This document shows, piece after piece, positions 7,822 to 13,624 of a stretch of DNA of 13,624 bases. The position numbers were made by a program, and so were the translations under genes. Positions within the stretch are counted from its first letter, which is position 1. Each line of letters begins with the position of its first letter. The notes beneath the pieces are model-generated. The model had not been told where the DNA came from. It worked only from the letters and a program-made list of their open reading frames with translations, and ran no database searches. Source of the DNA: Candidatus Anstonellales archaeon (GTDB lineage Archaea > Micrarchaeota > Micrarchaeia > Anstonellales > J096); NCBI GenBank assembly GCA_038740615.1, contig JAVYLQ010000014.1:1-13624 (forward strand). Reading direction: 5' to 3'.

Positions 7822-8257
7822 CGCATTAATTATTCTATCAATATTCATATCTTTAACATTATTAAATACAAATTTGAATAGATCCGGAGCATTATCAGAA
7901 GCCCCTATTTCAAAAACTCTTGAGAATCTGAAAAATAGTTCTGAATTATATTTAATATACATAATTCCTGATGATGAAAGAGATAGTACAATATATCAAT
8001 GTGGAGTTGATATTGTAACTAGTATAGGTTATAATTACGGCAAATTCATCAATCAGGCTTACGTGTTTACAAACGATACATGTTATTATAATAACATAAG
8101 ATCAAACAGAAATGTTTGTGAGACGGAATTATTCTCTAGATCAAATGCCTTCTACGTGTTTATAGATTATAGTTTCAGTAAAGGAGTAGATACTCGAAAC
8201 AGAGCTCTAATTATAAACCCCCTAATTCTTGAAAACTGCTCTAACCTTATCAAGTAG
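7793..8257 (+). CDS. Hypothetical single-pass membrane/exported protein with a 4-Cys domain
   Basis: ATG at 7793 (preceded by GGAGAG at 7782) gives MRTELLLLLSALIILSIFISLTLL, a typical signal anchor, so it is preferred over the TTG at 7772. 154 aa with 4 Cys and sequons NRS, NSS, NDT, NCS. Confidence 0.75.
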   Translation: MRTELLLLLSALIILSIFISLTLLNTNLNRSGALSEAPISKTLENLKNSSELYLIYIIPDDERDSTIYQCGVDIVTSIGYNYGKFINQAYVFTNDTCYYNNIRSNRNVCETELFSRSNAFYVFIDYSFSKGVDTRNRALIINPLILENCSNLIK

Positions 8258-8962
8258 ATTATTCACATCATAATTTTCGAGAAGCGCCCTTAGTTTCAGA
8301 TATCTCTCCTGATTCTCCTTAAAAATCTCCTCTCTCTCTTTATCCGGATCTTCTATCTGTCTAAGGGCAATTTCAACCTGAAGCTTTAATTGGATCTGTT
8401 CAATCTCATGAACCAATCGATCCACATTCTCTCTTTCAGATTTTCTAACTATATACTTGTATGGTGCACTCAGTATGATATCGTAATCATTTGAATCAGT
8501 ATCAACTAATTTACCATCTACGTATTTTACAAAAATGTTCACGTAGTTCAGCAGAGGTTCTAACAACTCACCATGCTGAATCTCCAATTCCCCTCCAACC
8601 TTTCCTTTTATCACCACAGGTTTTATCTGATCTATTGAATACAATGTTACAATTACCTTGGTTTTATCAAATATTACTCTATACAGCTCCTCTCTCTCCA
8701 AAAGTTTCTGATAATATTCTCCTGTTTTGGATTCGAACTGTTTTTTAAAACTCTCCTCATCACAGTTCATAAGAAGATCCTCCACATCAAGAATCTTATC
8801 AAATAGAGGCAATTCATCTTCTTGTATATCCCTTTTTGCATTATCAAATTCTTCTCTTAACATCTCCAACTCTTGAGAATTTTTAATATCAGAATATATC
8901 TTAGTATATATCAACATGCTATAATATCTCTTTCTAGCTCTATAGTAATTCACAAAATTCAT
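8222..8962 (-). CDS. Hypothetical soluble acidic protein with a helical/coiled-coil C-terminus
   Basis: 246-aa ORF with ATGA overlap to the upstream protease gene. E/K/R-rich, no TM segment, no recognised motif. Confidence 0.75.
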   Translation of the reverse strand: MNFVNYYRARKRYYSMLIYTKIYSDIKNSQELEMLREEFDNAKRDIQEDELPLFDKILDVEDLLMNCDEESFKKQFESKTGEYYQKLLEREELYRVIFDKTKVIVTLYSIDQIKPVVIKGKVGGELEIQHGELLEPLLNYVNIFVKYVDGKLVDTDSNDYDIILSAPYKYIVRKSERENVDRLVHEIEQIQLKLQVEIALRQIEDPDKEREEIFKENQERYLKLRALLENYDVNNLLDKVRAVFKN

Positions 8963-10476
8963 AACATCATCACCACAGCAAGAACTATGATAATGATCAA
9001 TAGGATCCTAAGTATGAAATCCGTCAGTTTTACTAACATATATAAACCCAATAATACTAGTAATACTATAGCTAAATTCTTCAATCTCAAAAGATCATAG
9101 TTACCTATCTTTGGTCTATCAAAATAAGACTTCAATTTATAAACTATATCCCCTTCCCCAAATATAGTCTCTAGATTGTTTGCTAAGTACACAACCTCTG
9201 TAGAGTCCCCTCCAGTTTCTCTCAGATATTGAGCTTGTGATGCATATATATTAGCCCATGTGGATCTGTATGTATCTTTAAGAGATGGATCTTTTCTAAC
9301 TACAAATGCAAGATTATATGCTGCCAACACTGGGTTAGAAACGATATAATATAGAGCTATTTTGTATCTATCCATATTTCTATCTCCCAGATTTTCAAAA
9401 CCCAAAATCAACCAATCAAGTGTTAAATTGCCAATATCTGAATTATATTCCACCAATTGATCCTCATACAGTGAAATTGCTAATCTACACCATAGATATG
9501 ATTGAGTATAATCATAGTATTGTTGGAATCTCTGCTCATGCAGATTATTGTAATTTCTGTCCAGAGCCTGTTTAGCCCATTGGTATCGGGTTAGTGCAGC
9601 TATATCATTCTCTGAATTCCCGCGGATAGAGATCTGATCGAGACATCTCTTGGCCTGATCCTTAATTCTACTTGGGCTCTGATTAGTGTGTAGATAATAC
9701 AAAGCGTTCTTTTCCGCAGATGCTAGAAACAGGAAGTTTGCCGCTGTATAGTAATAACCCATATTAGCTATATTGTCAGTTGTATTAACAAGCTCATCAT
9801 AATAGTTATCAATTTCATGAATACCTATTTTTGGAATATTTGTGAAAAACTCTCTCAATTCATTATAAATAGGTTTAATAATTGAATTATTATACTTAGA
9901 TTCTGACTTTGGAAGTCGTGGGAGTCTAAATATGCTTGTTTCTGAACTCTTACCATAGACTCTGCCATCAACGTATATAAGATCATCTATGCTAGAAACA
10001 TATGTAATATTATATGGTAGTACTTTGGTTACATAATACTGGTAAATAGACCCCACAGGTACTACAAAATTATCAAATTTCTTAGAACCCACCAATATTT
10101 TCTCATAGAGTCCACTGATAGGTATTATATTACCCTGACTATCTATGCCTCCTGTAGCTCCTGTCTGATTAGTTCTATATTTCATCAATATATAAAATAA
10201 CAATCCTCCTGAACCCCCTTCAACATCACTGTCTATATCAACATAAACATTACATCCTGGATTGGCAAGAGTGTATGCATCAAGAAAAGATCTCTGAGTA
10301 TCTGTGCCTGTGATCTTAAGAACTCTAAGGAATAGTTTATCCCCAACACCTTCAAACTTGATATGTGCTGGAACTAAACTCCCTCTATCAAGAGATATCG
10401 CGAGAAAATTTATATCCATATTTAAATTGCATGTACCAAAACTTAAGAATATGAGTAGAAGTATTATATGTACCAT
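8959..10476 (-). CDS. Exported, membrane-anchored S16 (Lon-C-type, COG1750-like) Ser-Lys protease without an AAA+ domain
   Basis: Signal-like N-terminus, GTDTQRS, VEGGSGG (putative catalytic Ser89; consensus DGPSAG), ATGGIDSQGNIIPISGLYEK (putative Lys126), GYYYTAAN, and a long C-terminal hydrophobic anchor. Confidence 0.8.
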   Translation of the reverse strand: MVHIILLLIFLSFGTCNLNMDINFLAISLDRGSLVPAHIKFEGVGDKLFLRVLKITGTDTQRSFLDAYTLANPGCNVYVDIDSDVEGGSGGLLFYILMKYRTNQTGATGGIDSQGNIIPISGLYEKILVGSKKFDNFVVPVGSIYQYYVTKVLPYNITYVSSIDDLIYVDGRVYGKSSETSIFRLPRLPKSESKYNNSIIKPIYNELREFFTNIPKIGIHEIDNYYDELVNTTDNIANMGYYYTAANFLFLASAEKNALYYLHTNQSPSRIKDQAKRCLDQISIRGNSENDIAALTRYQWAKQALDRNYNNLHEQRFQQYYDYTQSYLWCRLAISLYEDQLVEYNSDIGNLTLDWLILGFENLGDRNMDRYKIALYYIVSNPVLAAYNLAFVVRKDPSLKDTYRSTWANIYASQAQYLRETGGDSTEVVYLANNLETIFGEGDIVYKLKSYFDRPKIGNYDLLRLKNLAIVLLVLLGLYMLVKLTDFILRILLIIIIVLAVVMML

Positions 10477-10480
10477 TAGT

Positions 10481-11416
10481 TTAAAAGAGCAAATTAGATT
10501 TAAATGTTTTTATTTGTGGATCTAATGTTTCTATTTTTAGTTCTTTTCTGACTTTTCTAATCATATCAAGCACTTCCTGTATCTTTTTATCATCAAAATC
10601 TGGATTCTTAAGTAGAAAATCATGTAGCTTAGTTGGCCAATCGTTTAGCTCTAATTTCTTTAGTAATTCATTATCTTTACTTTCAAGTGCCACTAATCTG
10701 ACTATTAACAATCCCAAAGGAATTAAATTTATAGCTTTAATATAATTCAGAATTCTGGTATCATCCAGTAAGATTGGGTTATACCTCTGATCATTTCTAG
10801 CTCCAGTCACATCAAGATATTTCTCCCCTACGTACATATGCAGGAATAGAAGTTCAGCTTCCGAAAATCTATGATTATTTAGATATTTTAACAATTCACT
10901 ACTTTTATCGCTCTTTTGACCTAATCTTATAAACCAATCTATGAATCTATCAGCCCTATTTGGATCAAATTTTATCTCTGAATTACCTCTATCTGTAACA
11001 TGAGTTATTTTTCTCAAAGTTACATATACATTCAATAGCTCTATTAGGACATTTCTTCGAGTTTCCATTTTAAAACTTTCAAAGACCCCTTGCCCGTGTA
11101 GAATGTTCTGAACCATACTCTGTAATGTATTATACACTATCTCTTTAAGCTCCTGCTCATTCTCAACATCATGTGATCTAACTATTGTATATCTGCCAAG
11201 ATTGGTTGCAAAATTTTCTACACTCGATTTATCAAATCTAAACATCTCCTTATCAACGATCTGCTTTACATAGTTGAGTATTTCATTTTTTACACTATCG
11301 GATAAGTTGCTATTTATATTATTATTAATCAATTCGGTATATTTGGTCTCAAATATTTCACTCATATTATTTTGATTCTTCTCAATCTGTCTCTTATGTC
11401 TGAATTTCCAGAACAT
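10481..11416 (-). CDS. Hypothetical protein (orphan, predicted mostly alpha-helical, soluble)
   Basis: 311-aa ORF that fills the space between neighbours with 2-bp and 4-bp gaps. No recognisable motif and no Cys. Confidence 0.72.
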   Translation of the reverse strand: MFWKFRHKRQIEKNQNNMSEIFETKYTELINNNINSNLSDSVKNEILNYVKQIVDKEMFRFDKSSVENFATNLGRYTIVRSHDVENEQELKEIVYNTLQSMVQNILHGQGVFESFKMETRRNVLIELLNVYVTLRKITHVTDRGNSEIKFDPNRADRFIDWFIRLGQKSDKSSELLKYLNNHRFSEAELLFLHMYVGEKYLDVTGARNDQRYNPILLDDTRILNYIKAINLIPLGLLIVRLVALESKDNELLKKLELNDWPTKLHDFLLKNPDFDDKKIQEVLDMIRKVRKELKIETLDPQIKTFKSNLLF

Positions 11417-11418
11417 GT

Positions 11419-13050
11419 TTATATAATTGAAAAGTTATTTAAATAGATAATTATCAACAGAATAAGCAGATTCATGATCATAGCTCCAAAGATCATTGCC
11501 AGTAGAAAATTTGTACTCATCCTTAAATATGTGATCAATCTAGCAGAAGCCTCCTCTCCTAGAACACACACTTCGAACTCATAGTTTCTATAGGTATAAT
11601 AAACGTCCTCTAAGTTAGAAGATTTAAGATGAGATTCTATAAGAGCGATAGTATAATCTGATAGATCGATATCATTTATGATACCTGCAATATCATTGTT
11701 TTCATGCGAGTCTGTAGTTGATATTATTGGAATATAATCATAGCTTCTACAGATCTTCTCTAGTTTTTTATGAGTGATATCTGTTATTCCATTTCCATCA
11801 ATATTTATCATAGCTATCTTCTGTTGTCCATTGTTCAAAATCAGAAGATTAATCCCATTAGAACCCACTCCTGAATCCAAAGTGTCAATTTTATAATAAG
11901 CACCCTTAGCCACTCTAAGGTCCTCCTGAGGGGAGATCTTTCTCACTGCACCTAAATATTCTTGAAATTCATCACTGTCAGATGAAAAATACGTAACTAT
12001 CTTAGCATCAGAATCGTGCTGATCAAATAGAATAGGATTCTTAATATCCTCTCTAATCTCGGATTTTAGTATTATATCACTTCCACTCTTCAGATCTTCA
12101 GTAACATTAGGATACCTACTTAATCCGATGATAGTAAATTCATCACTGAATATTACATTTGCTCTAGCGCTCTCCTTATCATAGCTCTTGTATTTAAATC
12201 TGAATCTCTTGAAATCTCCTAGAGGAGTAGTAGCAATTTTCCTGATAATCATCTCGGCCTGTTCTCTAGTACATATATCTCTATCATGATGGCACAACCC
12301 ATGGAAGATTAGATTGTTATTTATATAATCTCTAAATAGTGCCGGAGTATCCGCACTCCCAATTGATCCAAATGGACCAAAATGAAATTGAGGGAAGATT
12401 AGATATATCAACTCGTCCTTAACTTTCAGAACAATTACCTCTACAGGAATTTGAGTTCTCTTACCTATGGATTTTAGCAGCTTCTCTACAGCAGGATCAT
12501 CGTAGAACCAACTCATGAAGAAACTTGAGAATATATCTCTAATTGTTGTGTTGAATAGTTTCTTGGTAGCTGATGTAATAAAATACGAGAAAAGATAGAG
12601 CATTATTAACCATATACCAACAGATAGGATTAGAAGCTTAAACCAGTCTAAAGAAGGAGAGAGAAAATACATCATCGTGATTAAATATATTAGACTAATA
12701 ATCCCTCCTACCAAATAAGCAAGCAGATACTGGAGCACTACAAATATGATGATAATAATTATTGCTACGAATACTATGATTATTGATTGGTGTGTGGAGA
12801 GGTAAAAAAATATTCCAATTGAATATGCTATGGAGAATAGAATCGTTATTTTCTTAAAATCTATTCTATTCTTCAGAGTCAACCATATAAAAACAGCATA
12901 TGGAATGATGTATATAATTAGATCTATCAACCCTAGTAGAATGTATATCACTGTAAGAGACAATATATATATAAGTACATGTAAATAAGATATCCTAAAT
13001 CCCAGTATTCTAGTAATATTAATAGCCGGCTTGATATCTAGACTACTCAT
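11419..13050 (-). CDS. DUF2070 family (COG3356) polytopic membrane protein, putative metal-dependent lipid hydrolase of the neutral ceramidase superfamily
   Basis: Several N-terminal TM helices and one C-terminal TM helix. Soluble-domain motifs PQFHFGPFGSIGS, HGLCHHD, DQHD, IDGNG and TTDSH match my recollection of the family's HPGPF / HG-x2-HD / DAHN / DGNN / TTDTH motifs. Confidence 0.82.
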   Translation of the reverse strand: MSSLDIKPAINITRILGFRISYLHVLIYILSLTVIYILLGLIDLIIYIIPYAVFIWLTLKNRIDFKKITILFSIAYSIGIFFYLSTHQSIIIVFVAIIIIIIFVVLQYLLAYLVGGIISLIYLITMMYFLSPSLDWFKLLILSVGIWLIMLYLFSYFITSATKKLFNTTIRDIFSSFFMSWFYDDPAVEKLLKSIGKRTQIPVEVIVLKVKDELIYLIFPQFHFGPFGSIGSADTPALFRDYINNNLIFHGLCHHDRDICTREQAEMIIRKIATTPLGDFKRFRFKYKSYDKESARANVIFSDEFTIIGLSRYPNVTEDLKSGSDIILKSEIREDIKNPILFDQHDSDAKIVTYFSSDSDEFQEYLGAVRKISPQEDLRVAKGAYYKIDTLDSGVGSNGINLLILNNGQQKIAMINIDGNGITDITHKKLEKICRSYDYIPIISTTDSHENNDIAGIINDIDLSDYTIALIESHLKSSNLEDVYYTYRNYEFEVCVLGEEASARLITYLRMSTNFLLAMIFGAMIMNLLILLIIIYLNNFSII

Positions 13051-13213
13051 CTTTCTGTAACTCTTCTATCATACTCTGTAAGATTAGTACATTTTTAATA
13101 TACTCCTTAGCAACTCTTCTGAAGCTGATATTCTTCAAATATGCAAGTTTCATCAATTCAAGTGTTATATATCTGAGTTCCAAATAATCTTCCTCTGAAT
13201 AATCATCATTCAT
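13043..13213 (-). CDS. Small hypothetical helical protein (56 aa)
   Basis: ATG at 13213 (MNDDYSEEDYLELRYITLELMKLAY...) sits about 22-27 bp downstream of the shared TATA, so it is preferred over the TTG at 13228. Overlaps the DUF2070 start by 8 bp. Confidence 0.65.
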   Translation of the reverse strand: MNDDYSEEDYLELRYITLELMKLAYLKNISFRRVAKEYIKNVLILQSMIEELQKDE

Positions 13214-13261
13214 GCTATTTATAACCAAGAATTTTTTAAATATCTATTCCTGTATCTTAGC
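13214..13261. promoter_or_regulatory. Putative bidirectional archaeal promoter (small protein-DUF2070 run / dph2) with central TATA element TTTAAA at 13235-13240
   Basis: 48-bp divergent gap with TTTAAA exactly centred. Both starts read TAGCATG, forming a 7-bp inverted repeat at 13211-13217 and 13258-13264. Confidence 0.65.
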
Positions 13262-13624
13262 ATGGTTGTTCTGATTCAATTACCTGAGGGATTAAAGCAC
13301 AAGACCCCGGAGATAATAAAAAAACTGAATATAACTAATGAAGAGATAGTCATATCGGCATCTGCAATGTATGGTGGGTGTGATATAGCTATGGATGAAG
13401 CTAGAGCAATTGGTGCTAATAAGATAATACATGTTGGTCACACCTATTTTCCTCTTAGAAGAGAACTGAATGGAATAGAAGTCGAATATATACCTTATTA
13501 TATAGATATAAACATAGGCTGGCCAGAATTGATAGATGAGCTGAAATCCAGAAGTATAAAAGTCTTATCTATACTAACAACGACTCAGCATTATCACCAA
13601 TACGAACAGATCGTTAAGTATTTT
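13262..13624 (+). CDS. dph2: Diphthamide biosynthesis enzyme Dph2 (2-(3-amino-3-carboxypropyl)histidine synthase), N-terminal part, runs off the window
   Basis: Not in the ORF track. Manual translation gives MVVLIQLPEGLKHKTPEII...SASAMYGGCDIAMDEARAIGANKIIHVGHTYF...LTTTQHYHQ. QxPEGL, YGxCD (first Fe-S Cys), HxGH and TTxQH are Dph1/Dph2 motifs. The frame is open for 121 codons to the window end. Confidence 0.92.
   Translation, partial: MVVLIQLPEGLKHKTPEIIKKLNITNEEIVISASAMYGGCDIAMDEARAIGANKIIHVGHTYFPLRRELNGIEVEYIPYYIDINIGWPELIDELKSRSIKVLSILTTTQHYHQYEQIVKYF

Noticed and set aside
4398..10525. Short alternative ORFs 4398-4586, 5626-5835, 7524-7739, 7729-7962, 8491-8748, 8873-9100 and 10304-10525
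   Set aside because: All lie antisense to longer, better-supported genes and have no promoter space or recognisable features.
13214..13228. ORF-track start at 13228 (TTG)
   Set aside because: It would start only about 6 bp from the TATA element. The ATG at 13213 fits the promoter geometry.
1..13624. Frequent TCTAGA/AGATCT/GATC-type palindromes and TCTC runs as possible repeat or modification signals
   Set aside because: They are dispersed inside coding regions and plausibly explained by heavy AGA/GAT/CTA/GAG codon use. I could not test enrichment without a codon-aware null model.
1..13624. tRNA, rRNA, CRISPR array, transposase/integrase or defence island
   Set aside because: No intergenic gap exceeds 53 bp, and I saw no GC-rich structured segment, spaced repeats or mobile-element motifs. 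The nuclease and Mut7-C genes sit in housekeeping context.

Overview
AT-rich, extremely gene-dense archaeal chromosomal segment. Only about 158 of 13,624 bp are non-coding, once two start codons are corrected. The archaeal call rests on proteasome alpha psmA, dph2, DUF2070, a COG1750-like S16 protease and TATA-box promoters. The streamlining suggests a DPANN, possibly Micrarchaeota-like, genome (inference). Gene order: partial hypothetical(+), membrane-anchored thermonuclease(+), sufC-sufS-sufU(-) with no sufB/sufD, NTP-transferase and Mut7-C RNase(+), psmA and a divergent class IV aminotransferase(-), two Cys-rich putative surface glycoproteins(+), a five-gene minus-strand run (56-aa protein, DUF2070, orphan, secreted Lon-C-type protease, hypothetical), and the 5' part of dph2(+), which the ORF track missed. 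Most notable: (1) all three divergent intergenic regions are 48-53 bp with one palindromic TTTAAA at their midpoint, suggesting shared bidirectional TATA boxes for leaderless mRNAs; (2) a SUF operon lacking the SufB/D scaffold; (3) an uncharacterised pair of surface proteins that appear to share a 4-Cys domain. I found no RNA genes, CRISPR arrays or mobile elements.
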